A DNA stretch of 55,435 nt from a virus (Duplodnaviria; Caudoviricetes): positions 1 through 55,435 of IMG/VR virus record IMGVR_UViG_3300042934_000351. One strand, given 5' to 3'. The notes below the pieces were generated by a model. That model worked only from the letters and a program-made list of their open reading frames with translations, made no database searches and was not told the DNA's origin. A program made the position numbers and the translations under genes. How positions within the stretch are numbered: position 1 is the first letter of the stretch; each line of letters starts with the position of its first letter. This document shows positions 42,890 to 52,047 of the stretch, in pieces.

Positions 42890-44527
42890 ATGGTCAATGT
42901 TCCGTACCCCAGGTACACGACTGAGGCCGATGCCGTCATCGACATCGCCAACAGCCTTCGGCGTATCTCAGAGATCATCGGCTGGAACACCGCCACGACC
43001 GGTGTCATCGACAGCCAGCCGACGGCCTTCCGAGAAGTCGCATTCAGGATCGCAGAGTACCTCGCCGCGCTGGAGGAAGGCGTGGCAGAGCCTCCTGCTG
43101 CAGTCGGCCCTCCGGGTGAGACCAACGAAATCACCATCGGTGTGGTCGACACGCTTGCTCCCGGCTCTCCTGCTACAGCCTCGCTCACGGGGGTCTCGCC
43201 CGCGCAGGTCCTGAACCTCGGCATCCCTGCCGGTGCCAACGGTATCGATGGAATCAACGGCGAGGACGGCGAGGACGGTGCTGGCGGCGGTGGCGATATG
43301 TTCAAAGTCACCTACGACCCGACCAATGTCAACGGCAATGCCTTCGACATGGAGAAGATGGTCGAGGGCGCGACCAAGAAGATCCTGACCCCTGCTGAGC
43401 GAACCAAGATCGGAACCATTCCGGGCACCGGCTTCGCGACAGTCGCAGAGACCGGCATGGCGACAGACGTCCAGACCGAGAACCTGAGCGGTTACTGGAT
43501 CGGTGGAACGGTCGAGCATGCTCTGGAGAACATCGGTGACGTGCTCTACGGCGGGACGGCGGGTCCTGTCGCGTTGGCCCCTCTGGCGAGCCCTGCACTC
43601 ACCGGCAACCCGACTGCTCCGACACCGGCAACTTCCGACAACGACACGAGCATCGCGACCACCGCGTACGTGAAGACGAACCTCGCGAACGCTCTCGCCA
43701 GCCCTGCCTTCACCGGCAACCCGACTGCTCCGACGCCCTCCACCTCCGACAACGACACGAGCATCGCGACGACGGCCTACGTCCAGGCCAACCTGGCGAA
43801 CGTCATTGCCAAGGGCCTCGTCGATGCCAAGGGCGACCTGATCGTCGCTACTGCTGACAACACCCCGGCACGGCTCGCTGTCGGAACCAACGGTTTCGTT
43901 CTCACCGCCGACAGCGCAGAGGCGACGGGCCTGAAGTGGGCGGCTGCTGCAGGTGGTGGCGGCAGCATGGACGGGATAATCCCCAAGGTGGGGCAGTACC
44001 TCATCCCTGCGATCATCGGCACGAGCTGGTCAACGTCCACAGACGCTCTCCCGTTCGGGACTGCCGCTGCTGCCACGCCGATCATCAACCCCAAGGAATT
44101 CACCGCAGATGCGCTCACCTGCAACGTCGTGACCCTTGAAGCCGTCGCTGTCCGAGTGCTTCTCTATTCCTCGGACGCTGATGGACACCCTGCAACTCTC
44201 GTTGCGACGGCGACAGGAACGCCGAGCGGAACGGGCGGGCTCCTGGTTACGCTCGCATCGGCAGTCGTTCTCCCTGCAGGAGTGTACTGGGCTATCGTTC
44301 GCAGCGACGGCGGTAGCACTCTTCGCTTCTCTGCAGGTGGTGGCGGGCTCATCAACTCTCTCATGAGCACCGTGTCTACGAGCGTTGGGACCCCGTCACG
44401 AAACACCCTGCCTGCACTTACTGTCGGTGGGACGTTCGCGTCACCGAACACGACGCCGACAGTCACTTCCATCAGTGCTGTCACCGCCAACGACGCACCC
44501 TACGTCGGCATCCGGAGGTCCGCATGA
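42890..44527 (+). CDS. Tail fibre / receptor-binding protein
   Basis: Short collagen-like GxY run, GGGDM.K..YD, SPALTGNPTAPT repeats, AKGDLIVA...RLAVGTNG.VL motif; AGGAG RBS. Confidence 0.85.
   Translation: MVNVPYPRYTTEADAVIDIANSLRRISEIIGWNTATTGVIDSQPTAFREVAFRIAEYLAALEEGVAEPPAAVGPPGETNEITIGVVDTLAPGSPATASLTGVSPAQVLNLGIPAGANGIDGINGEDGEDGAGGGGDMFKVTYDPTNVNGNAFDMEKMVEGATKKILTPAERTKIGTIPGTGFATVAETGMATDVQTENLSGYWIGGTVEHALENIGDVLYGGTAGPVALAPLASPALTGNPTAPTPATSDNDTSIATTAYVKTNLANALASPAFTGNPTAPTPSTSDNDTSIATTAYVQANLANVIAKGLVDAKGDLIVATADNTPARLAVGTNGFVLTADSAEATGLKWAAAAGGGGSMDGIIPKVGQYLIPAIIGTSWSTSTDALPFGTAAAATPIINPKEFTADALTCNVVTLEAVAVRVLLYSSDADGHPATLVATATGTPSGTGGLLVTLASAVVLPAGVYWAIVRSDGGSTLRFSAGGGGLINSLMSTVSTSVGTPSRNTLPALTVGGTFASPNTTPTVTSISAVTANDAPYVGIRRSA
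43583..43801 (+). repeat. Two tandem 111-bp (37-aa) tail-fibre repeats
   Basis: LASPA(L/F)TGNPTAPTP.TSDNDTSIATTAYV..NLAN at 43583 and 43694. Confidence 0.9.
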
Positions 44528-44868
44528 GCATTCAGATTTTCCACCCCAACGGTCAGCTCGCGAAGTACTGGAACGACGTAGCAAGTAGCTACACAGAGTA
44601 CAACACGAGCGGCGTGCAGACCAGCACTCGCCCGTATACCTCTGAGGAGACCGCTCGCGCCGTCGCAGAGGCTGCTCTGAGAACAGAGACTGTCAACAAG
44701 GGCGCGATCGAGGCGAACATCATCCAGGACCTCGCGGCCATGCAGACGATCATCGACACGAGTAATAGCGTGCTCAATGACACACCTGCGAGCGCGATCA
44801 AGGACGTCGCCCGTGCGATCCGTCGCCTCGACAGGATGATGCTCGCCAAGTTCGACGGCACCAACTAG
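44524..44868 (+). CDS. Small protein after the tail fibre (possible assembly chaperone)
   Basis: ATGA coupling; TRPYTSEE motif. Confidence 0.65.
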   Translation: MSIQIFHPNGQLAKYWNDVASSYTEYNTSGVQTSTRPYTSEETARAVAEAALRTETVNKGAIEANIIQDLAAMQTIIDTSNSVLNDTPASAIKDVARAIRRLDRMMLAKFDGTN

Positions 44869-44883
44869 CGGTCGCGGCGGTTC

Positions 44884-44894
44884 CGGGGTAGAAT
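44884..44894 (+). promoter_or_regulatory. Putative promoter CGGGGTAGAAT
   Basis: Intergenic; identical to 14521-14531. Confidence 0.65.
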
Positions 44895-44940
44895 GGCGTG
44901 AGTGGGCCGAAATGGCCCCCATCCGACCTAGGGAGGAACC

Positions 44941-46077
44941 GTGGCGACCCTGCCGCTGAAGACAAAATTGTATCGTGAGCTCAAGCTCGCGATCGAATCG
45001 GGAGCCACCATCCCCGAGTTCGCCGAGAAGGACTATGTGTACTGGAAGGAAGAGGAGCTCCAGGAGCTTCACAACCGGTACCTGAACCCCGACTACGTCG
45101 CTGCCCCGCCCGAAGAGCCCGAGGACGACGCCTACGACCTGGACGCCGCCGTCGCTGCGATGACCTACGACGAGTCTGATGTCGCCTTCGCTCTCGAAGC
45201 GGCGCCGAAGATCGTTCCGGACGAGGTCGTCGTGACTCAGGACAAGCCGAACGTCAACCCGGCCCTGAACCACGCCGCCTACGAGGCGGCGCAGGCATCC
45301 AAGCCTCAGAACGAGAAGCAGACGTACACCGATTGGGTCAGCGAGGTCGTCAGCGACCCGGCAGTGCAGGCCGCGATGGCCGCATACGCTCAGCAGACTG
45401 CGGCCCCCGCCACCGCTCCGGACGCCGCTGGCCTGCCGGATGGCCTGGGGATGGGTGACCCCTCCCAGGCCCAGAGCGGGGCACCTGTGGGTAAGCAGTA
45501 CGCAGTCCCGCGCGAGCAGTGGTCGCAGGTCCCGCCTCGTGAGCTCGCTCGCCTGCTCAAGGTGCCGTTCAGTGACAAGGCCGCAGACCGTGCCGGACTC
45601 ACGTTCAACACGCACGGTCCTGACGACATCCTCCGGATCGACTCCCGTGGCATGGTCTGGTTCAAGGACGAGGTCCCGAAGCCCGCGATCCCGAAGCGTC
45701 GCATGCGTCGCAAGGTCAAGACCATTGTCGGCGAGATCGAGCAGGTTCAGACCTACCGCCCCGACGGCGGACTCGACGAGACGTTCGAGGTCGATGGCGG
45801 TGAGAAGCACGAGATCGAGATCAAGATCAGCATGCCTGCCTCGCAGGTCGGCATCTACCTCGACCCGCGCATGCCGTTCAAGATCCATCAGTACAACGGT
45901 CGTCGGGCCTTCGACTACGACGAGGTCATGCGCTACTACGGTGGCAGCGAGCTCGTCCCGTCGTCGATCAAGACGATCTACATCGACATCGATCTCTGCT
46001 TCGAGATCAAGTCCGTGCGCGACACCATCGAGCGCGCATACCGTGAAGAAGTGCTTGGAAGGAGCATTCTGCGATGA
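44941..46077 (+). CDS. Hypothetical protein, 378 aa
   Basis: GGAGGA RBS, GTG start, strong codon bias. Confidence 0.85.
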   Translation: MATLPLKTKLYRELKLAIESGATIPEFAEKDYVYWKEEELQELHNRYLNPDYVAAPPEEPEDDAYDLDAAVAAMTYDESDVAFALEAAPKIVPDEVVVTQDKPNVNPALNHAAYEAAQASKPQNEKQTYTDWVSEVVSDPAVQAAMAAYAQQTAAPATAPDAAGLPDGLGMGDPSQAQSGAPVGKQYAVPREQWSQVPPRELARLLKVPFSDKAADRAGLTFNTHGPDDILRIDSRGMVWFKDEVPKPAIPKRRMRRKVKTIVGEIEQVQTYRPDGGLDETFEVDGGEKHEIEIKISMPASQVGIYLDPRMPFKIHQYNGRRAFDYDEVMRYYGGSELVPSSIKTIYIDIDLCFEIKSVRDTIERAYREEVLGRSILR

Positions 46078-46742
46078 CCGAATCCACTGCAACCGAAGAG
46101 GCACTGGTTGCCGACCCCGCTCTGGAGGTCGACGAGCAGCTGCCGTTCGACCCGTCCGCGCTCCCCGAAGAGCTGCTCAACAACGAGCTGTTCATGGAGG
46201 CGGCAAAGCGTGCTCACACCGGCCAGTACCAGCACACGTTCTTCGAGGTCTTCGAAGATCAGCTGGAAGGCTCGGTCGCCGCGACCGAAGCCGAGCTGAC
46301 CGTCGAGGTCGCCGACAGCATCCTCAAGGCCTGGCCGTGGCTTCGCTACGTGGACCTGGAACTGTACCTCGTGTACAGGTCCAGGATGCTCCGCGAGCTG
46401 CTCTCGGCCCTGGTCGAGAGCTACCCGCTCGATCGTGAGGTGCTGTTCGCGCAGAACGCCGACGACTGGAAGCTGCACCGTGAGGCCTACATGGAGCTCA
46501 TGGTCCGCTGGACAGCCATCAACAACAAGTGGACCAAGGAGTACCAGGGTCTGCGGCTCGGCGACCGCAAGAAGGCCATCCTCCACTGCGTGATCGCCGA
46601 CCTCACGTACATCACGCTCGGCCCCGACGGCATGGTCGAGAAGTTCAAGTACATCGCGTACTTCGATCACCCGGACTGGGCGATCACGAAGGAAGAGTCG
46701 GACAAGATGCAGGCGCGCATCAAGGAGCTGAGTGATGAGTGA
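46074..46742 (+). CDS. Hypothetical protein, 222 aa
   Basis: ATGA coupling. Confidence 0.8.
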   Translation: MTESTATEEALVADPALEVDEQLPFDPSALPEELLNNELFMEAAKRAHTGQYQHTFFEVFEDQLEGSVAATEAELTVEVADSILKAWPWLRYVDLELYLVYRSRMLRELLSALVESYPLDREVLFAQNADDWKLHREAYMELMVRWTAINNKWTKEYQGLRLGDRKKAILHCVIADLTYITLGPDGMVEKFKYIAYFDHPDWAITKEESDKMQARIKELSDE

Positions 46743-47862
46743 TGGAAACACCAACATCGACCCCGCCGTGGGTGGTGAAGCTCCCGAAGGCACAGCATCC
46801 CTTGCGAACCCCTTCAGTGGTTATGCGATGGATGCAGACTTTGCGTCGGTCTGGAACGAAGTCTACGCTGAAGAAGACCCGGAAGCTGCAGGAGCAGAAC
46901 CTGGCTCGACAGAGGCTGGTTCAGCAGGAGACTCGGCACCTGCTCCTGGTGGAGAAGGAGCTGGAGCAGCAGGTTCGGATGCTGGAGCACAGGCTGGAGG
47001 AGCTCAGCCCGAGGCCGGAGCCGGAGCCCCTGGACCAGCAGGACCTGACGTATCACCTCAAGCCGGATCTACTCAAGCTGGACAGGCTGGACAATCCGGC
47101 ACTGCCGCTGATGGCGTGGCTGGAGCAGCAGGAACGCTCGACGCCCTCGTCGTCATCCCCCAGCTCGCAGTAGCATCTGAGCAGATCAACTCCCGCATGG
47201 AGCAGACGTTCCAGGCGGCGGCGATGGATGAGATCAGGAGTAAGGCCGACCCGAAGTACTTCGAGGCGTTGGCCATGCACCCGTTCAGGCTTGTGGGTCG
47301 GACGGTCCCGTCCATGGTGGAGGGCCAGCCCGACATCAAGCTGCGTGACACGCAGGAGGCGCGTGACTGGCAGGAAGCCACTGCTCAGCTGTTCAAGGAA
47401 GAGGCAGACGCCCTCGTCCGCGAGAAGCAGCAGGAGCTCCAGCCCATCATGGGAGTTCTCCAGGACAGCTTCATGCTGTTCCAGAACAACCCCGACCTGT
47501 TCCCGCGTACCACGCAGTACGACAAGGAGCTCGCCGACCGCGTGATGGAGATCGGGAAGTCCTACGAGTACCGCGTCGGCGGCAAGCTCATCGGCTACCA
47601 CACCAACATGCAGCCGATCATCAACTCGATTCGTGCCGACTTGGCGAAGAGTCGTGGAGTCTCGGGCGAACGGTCCGCTCAGGCTCGGAGTGAACAGCAG
47701 CGACAGCAGGCGGCCGGACAGGCTCGAACCACGGACGGACAGTTCGCTGTCGATGGTCCGCAGGCGGGTATCACCAGCAAGGCTGGTCTGAGCGGCGATG
47801 AGGGCGAGGACTACTCCCCGTTCATCTCGGCGCTAGGACTGCCGTCGAACCTGTTCATCTAG
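46735..47862 (+). CDS. Acidic protein with disordered G/A/P-rich N-terminus (possible scaffolding protein)
   Basis: AAGGAG RBS; composition and helical core resemble scaffolds. Function inferred. Confidence 0.55.
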   Translation: MSDGNTNIDPAVGGEAPEGTASLANPFSGYAMDADFASVWNEVYAEEDPEAAGAEPGSTEAGSAGDSAPAPGGEGAGAAGSDAGAQAGGAQPEAGAGAPGPAGPDVSPQAGSTQAGQAGQSGTAADGVAGAAGTLDALVVIPQLAVASEQINSRMEQTFQAAAMDEIRSKADPKYFEALAMHPFRLVGRTVPSMVEGQPDIKLRDTQEARDWQEATAQLFKEEADALVREKQQELQPIMGVLQDSFMLFQNNPDLFPRTTQYDKELADRVMEIGKSYEYRVGGKLIGYHTNMQPIINSIRADLAKSRGVSGERSAQARSEQQRQQAAGQARTTDGQFAVDGPQAGITSKAGLSGDEGEDYSPFISALGLPSNLFI

Positions 47863-47865
47863 ACC

Positions 47866-47908
47866 GGACGGGTAGCAGGTCCCTCCCCAGTAAGCCTGCT
47901 ACCCGTCC
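47866..47908 (+). terminator. 14-bp stem-loop
   Basis: GGACGGGTAGCAGG / CCTGCTACCCGTCC. Confidence 0.55.
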
Positions 47909-47926
47909 CCTATCAAGGAGAAGCAA

Positions 47927-48142
47927 GTGAACGCAGCAAAGCCCAAGGAGACGGAGAAGGCTCCCGAGCCCGAGGTCGTGGAGGACGAGCCCCAGGAGGG
48001 TGAGGACACCACGCTCGAAGCTCGCTTCGACACTCTCTACACGGAGATCGACGGCACCACGGAGTCGAGCGTCAGCAAGACGCTCATCCTCCGCCAGCTG
48101 GCCGAGCTCAAGTCGCAGGCGCTCGGTCTCCGCAAGGTCTGA
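47927..48142 (+). CDS. Small acidic hypothetical protein
   Basis: AAGGAG RBS, GTG start. Confidence 0.75.
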   Translation: MNAAKPKETEKAPEPEVVEDEPQEGEDTTLEARFDTLYTEIDGTTESSVSKTLILRQLAELKSQALGLRKV

Positions 48143-48241
48143 TCGCCATGACGAAGAAGTACGATGGGCGGAAGGTCTTCCTCTGGGGGGTTCTTCCGCT
48201 CATCGTGCTCTTCGTCCTTACCCCATACCTGGTAGTTATCT

Positions 48242-49732
48242 ATGGCTGAGAAGTTCCCGCTGTTCTATAAGCCCCGCCCGTACCAGGCGGAGCTCCACAA
48301 GATGTGGCAGACCAAGCGCTATGGTGTTGCTGTCATGTCACGACAGTCCGGCAAAGACACGTCCATGTCAATGGAGACAGTGAACGCACGTCTTGCATTC
48401 CCCAAGACCACCGGCGTGTATGTCGGTACCGATGCTCCCTCGATCCGAAACATCCTCTACGACAAGTCGTACTGGGATGATGAGCGTCAGCTGCAGGTTC
48501 GCATGCTGCAGGATAACGTGCCCACCAGTCTTGTGGACTGGAAGGACACGGTCATGGAGGGTCGCTTCAAGAACAAGTCGATCCTCAAGATCGCCGGATA
48601 CTTCCAGACAGGCAAGGGCCAGAACGGTGTTGGTACGTCGTTCGACGACTACTCGTTCACCGAGCTCAGCCTGTTCCACAAGGAAGACCCGATCCCTCGT
48701 CTCCAACCCATCATCGACTCAGAGAACGGTCACAAGCGTCTGATGATCGCGGCCACCCCTCGTGGCAAGCGGCAGAACGCCTTGTGGCAGTTGATGGAGT
48801 CGATCAAGAGCCGTCCCGACGCCCAGATCATCATCCGCGGTATCGATGATCTGAACAACATCATGCGGATGCACGGGCTCCCGGTCCTGCTCCGGCCAGA
48901 TCAGTTGGAACAGATCGAAGACACGTACCTGCGGCGCTTCGGCAATGCTCGTATGTTCGCCCAGGAGTACCACGTCTCGTTCGAAGAGATGGACGCGGCG
49001 GCGGTCTATGGTGAGGCGCTCATGCGGCTCAAGGCTGATCACCGTCACGATGAGTTCTCCTGGGACCGGAGCAAGCCCATCTACGTTGCCTTCGACATCG
49101 GTTCGGCAGGCAAGCACTCGGACGCTACTGCCTGGATCGCGTTCCAGTGGTACAACGAGAAGCTGTTCCTCATCGACTGCGGTGAGGGTCACGGCAAGGC
49201 TCTGCCGGAATATGTCGACGTACTGGCTCAACGACCCTGGTTCAACCAGCTGCAGCAGATCATCCTGCCCTGGGATGGCGACCACCACGTAGCGGCTGTC
49301 ACCACGACCCCTGCTGACATGATGCGTCAGCGGTTCCCCAACGTGGCGGTGCTGGCGAAGGGTACGAACACCTGGACGGTGCGCGGCCTGCCGAACACCG
49401 ACAGCGCTGACGTCATCACGATGGTCCAGCAGGTCCGTCTGACTCTGTATAAGACCTACATCAACGGTCTGCGTCACAACGAGCATAAGTCCACCACGCG
49501 GCCCAACTGTGACCGTGTGCTGGACTGCATGGAGAACTACAAGTACTCGTACAGCGAGTCCACGGGTGAGTACTCCCCGTACCCTGTGCACAACAAGTAC
49601 TCGCACATGATGGACGCACTGCGATACGTGGTTCAGGCTACGAAGGAGCTCAACTTCTTCGGCACGCTCGCGAACACCAACCAGTCGTCGTCCTCCCATT
49701 CCTACGAAGAGAGCTACGAGGGGGCGTACTGA
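48242..49732 (+). CDS. terL: Terminase large subunit
   Basis: PRPYQ, Walker A SRQSGKD, Walker B YSFTE, coupling motif ATPRG, nuclease AFDIG...D and SHMMDALRY. Confidence 0.92.
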   Translation: MAEKFPLFYKPRPYQAELHKMWQTKRYGVAVMSRQSGKDTSMSMETVNARLAFPKTTGVYVGTDAPSIRNILYDKSYWDDERQLQVRMLQDNVPTSLVDWKDTVMEGRFKNKSILKIAGYFQTGKGQNGVGTSFDDYSFTELSLFHKEDPIPRLQPIIDSENGHKRLMIAATPRGKRQNALWQLMESIKSRPDAQIIIRGIDDLNNIMRMHGLPVLLRPDQLEQIEDTYLRRFGNARMFAQEYHVSFEEMDAAAVYGEALMRLKADHRHDEFSWDRSKPIYVAFDIGSAGKHSDATAWIAFQWYNEKLFLIDCGEGHGKALPEYVDVLAQRPWFNQLQQIILPWDGDHHVAAVTTTPADMMRQRFPNVAVLAKGTNTWTVRGLPNTDSADVITMVQQVRLTLYKTYINGLRHNEHKSTTRPNCDRVLDCMENYKYSYSESTGEYSPYPVHNKYSHMMDALRYVVQATKELNFFGTLANTNQSSSSHSYEESYEGAY

Positions 49733-50052
49733 TGGCTAAGCTTTCAAAGCACAAGAGCGTTCGACAGGCCCTGCAGTACGTGGAGAGCGAGCCTGAGTGG
49801 CCCGACACGCCACGGCTCGACATGCCTGTCTGGGAGATCGTGGCTCGGAACCTGTTCGACCACGCCAACAACCCTGACAAGAGTCGCACGTCCATGAACA
49901 GGGCGGTGCGAGCTCAGAAGATCATCCTCGACCGACTGACAGGTACGCGTCGGACAGGCACGAACCCCGCTGTGCGCAATGCTCAGCAGGTTCACCTGGC
50001 TGACCTGACAGCAGGCATCGAGCCCGTCCGCGACCCTGAGCAGGTTATCTGA
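49732..50052 (+). CDS. Hypothetical helical protein after the terminase
   Basis: TGATG coupling; KIILDRLTG motif. Confidence 0.75.
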   Translation: MAKLSKHKSVRQALQYVESEPEWPDTPRLDMPVWEIVARNLFDHANNPDKSRTSMNRAVRAQKIILDRLTGTRRTGTNPAVRNAQQVHLADLTAGIEPVRDPEQVI

Positions 50053-50336
50053 TGAGTACTGAGCTGGTCCACGTTCGGAAGCTCCGCTCGGACATTCCCG
50101 AAGAGCACACGGGCTCTGACGACGAGAGGTTCGAGTGGCTGTGGATGCAGCGGCTCGCGACCGTCGGCAGCATCTACCTGCGCGCAAAGAACCCAAGAGA
50201 CCGCATGGCCGCAAAGGTCGTGCTGGACTCTACGATGTCAGCGAACCTTCCCTCGATCGAGCTTCTGCTTCGACGCCTAGAAGGTGGAGCAGTAGCTGAT
50301 CAGACACTGGTGGAAGAGGAGTCTCTGCCGATCTGA
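50052..50336 (+). CDS. Hypothetical helical protein; last rightward gene
   Basis: TGATG coupling; ELLLRRLEG motif. Confidence 0.7.
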   Translation: MSTELVHVRKLRSDIPEEHTGSDDERFEWLWMQRLATVGSIYLRAKNPRDRMAAKVVLDSTMSANLPSIELLLRRLEGGAVADQTLVEEESLPI

Positions 50337-50580
50337 CGGCCGGTGGAACCGGGCGTGTGTCAAGCCTGACTTGCTTGATAGCCTTAGATACTGCCCCTTG
50401 ACAGCTACCGCACTTGCAGGCTAGTGGGTGCCAGTACGCCTCATCGAGAGCGTACGTCATCGGCATCTTGCGATCAGCAACAGGGATGACGACGATCGGG
50501 TTCTTCTCGTTCTCGATCCGCCAGACCCTCTGCTGCTCGGTGGCCCGCCAGCGTGCGTAGCCTGGGTCAGTCTTCTTCAT
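50230..50580 (-). CDS. Hypothetical protein with H..CKCGSC; last leftward gene
   Basis: Starts within the end of the upstream gene; overlaps the convergent gene by 107 nt. Confidence 0.55.
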   Translation of the reverse strand: MKKTDPGYARWRATEQQRVWRIENEKNPIVVIPVADRKMPMTYALDEAYWHPLACKCGSCQGAVSKAIKQVRLDTRPVPPAVRSAETPLPPVSDQLLLHLLGVEAEARSREGSLTS

Positions 50581-51148
50581 CTTGGTCGAGCACTCCTGCG
50601 TCGTACTCCGGCCACAGGGTCAGGCACGCAGGCTTGCGCCGCTCTACCCTGAATCCCTTGTTCACGGTGTAGGCCTTCCCCACAGGCCGACCCAAGATGG
50701 TGGTCTTCTTCGGTGTCCCGAAGTACTCTTTGAGGATTGCATTGATGTGCCTCAAATGCATATTGGCGCTGCCATTTGCAGCGCCTCCTCTCCAGTTCTC
50801 TTTATCTACCCCTTCGGCCTCGACGATCTCCTTGATCGTCTGGCCGGTTGCCCACTCAAAAATCATGGGCGCGTTGATCTTGTGACCACGATAGCGAGTG
50901 CCAGGACGCAGGGAGCGGATGAACAACCGCACCTGCCTCTCCCACTCTACCCGAGCAGGGTTCTCCTCGACGACGAAGTCCGACCTCGTCAACGGGAGTC
51001 GTCCCCTACTGCTCTTGGGTAGGATCAGTGACGTGACGAGGTCTGCCGTCTCTGCCTCGCCTGCTGTGCTGGGAAAAAGAATGGCGGGGTCGAACTCCTT
51101 AGCGAGAGCTCGCTCCAACTCGGCCATTTCCCTATCTGCCTCACTCAT
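50567..51148 (-). CDS. Hypothetical protein, 193 aa (possibly DNA-binding)
   Basis: GGAAGGA RBS and its own promoter. Confidence 0.75.
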   Translation of the reverse strand: MSEADREMAELERALAKEFDPAILFPSTAGEAETADLVTSLILPKSSRGRLPLTRSDFVVEENPARVEWERQVRLFIRSLRPGTRYRGHKINAPMIFEWATGQTIKEIVEAEGVDKENWRGGAANGSANMHLRHINAILKEYFGTPKKTTILGRPVGKAYTVNKGFRVERRKPACLTLWPEYDAGVLDQDEED

Positions 51149-51179
51149 GGTTTCCTTCCGACACATGGGCTCACGGCCC

Positions 51180-51188
51180 ATTATACCG
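51180..51188 (-). promoter_or_regulatory. Promoter -10 CGGTATAAT
   Basis: 32 nt upstream of ATG 51148, immediately after a terminator. Confidence 0.7.
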
Positions 51189-51190
51189 TT

Positions 51191-51226
51191 AAAAACGAAA
51201 GGAGGGGTGGCCGTAGCCACCCCTCC
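51191..51226 (-). terminator. Intrinsic terminator after the prim-pol gene
   Basis: 11-bp stem, cUACGg tetraloop, then TTTCGTTTTT. Confidence 0.9.
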
Positions 51227-51235
51227 GTGCTTGAC

Positions 51236-52045
51236 TCAGCCGTACTTGAAGATGTTCTCGATGATCGAGTGGATCTCGCTTATCGAGAGCCCGAGCTCTT
51301 CTCCTCGCTCGGTGACACGTATCTCCCAATCAGGATAAGACGTTGCATACATCTGCGTCCCGATTGCGTAGAGACGTTGATTGCGTGTCCCGACCTTAGC
51401 CGGTTGAGCAAGCTGAGTTGCCAGTCTGTCATGGATGATGACAAGCTCATCCTCGTCCAGTCCTTCGGTTCCATGCCTGGTCACCTTCGCGTTGTGTCTG
51501 ATCTGCTTGGCACGAGTCAGCAGGTCGTAGAACGTCATCGGCAGCTCAGCGATCGGCTTGCCGTTCCACTTCTGGTTGTCGTGGTGGTACACGACTCCCG
51601 TACCTCTGATGTCGACACCGGGGATGATCCCGTTGTGATCTTCCAGGTCATCGAACCCTCTCAGCGCATTCCATGTCGCCATCGGGATGCGGTAGAACAG
51701 GTGGTACCCGTTCCCTCCCTTGCTCCGCTCTGCCAGGGTCTCCGGCAGGCGAAGGAGCTGCGCCGTCTGAAGTCCGCCGTTCTTGCCGTCGATGTCGATG
51801 CACACGAACGGGATGCTCCGCATCACGAACGCGAACGGCTGACGGAACTTCGTGAAGGCGTCTACCGAGCGCTTGACGGCGAACCGTCCTGCTTCTCGGT
51901 TGGTGACGAAGTCCTTGGCTCCCCATCCGCTCTCGGTCTTTCCGGAGGGTCCCACTCGAACCAGGGACAGGGTTCCGTACTCCGCGAACTCTGCAGGAAT
52001 AGGTTCCGGATCTGTGTACTGTTCATTGTTCTCGAACCATTGCAT
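51236..52045 (-). CDS. Bifunctional DNA primase/polymerase (prim-pol)
   Basis: CIDIDGKNGG, GNGYHLFY, GVDIRG, and C-terminal GTRNQRLY (PriCT-like). Confidence 0.9.
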   Translation of the reverse strand: MQWFENNEQYTDPEPIPAEFAEYGTLSLVRVGPSGKTESGWGAKDFVTNREAGRFAVKRSVDAFTKFRQPFAFVMRSIPFVCIDIDGKNGGLQTAQLLRLPETLAERSKGGNGYHLFYRIPMATWNALRGFDDLEDHNGIIPGVDIRGTGVVYHHDNQKWNGKPIAELPMTFYDLLTRAKQIRHNAKVTRHGTEGLDEDELVIIHDRLATQLAQPAKVGTRNQRLYAIGTQMYATSYPDWEIRVTERGEELGLSISEIHSIIENIFKYG

Positions 52046-52047
52046 GC

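Noticed and set aside
43583-43801. Tail-fibre repeat as a diversity-generating retroelement template/variable pair
   Set aside because: No reverse transcriptase gene; differences are not adenine-specific; this is a common fibre repeat.
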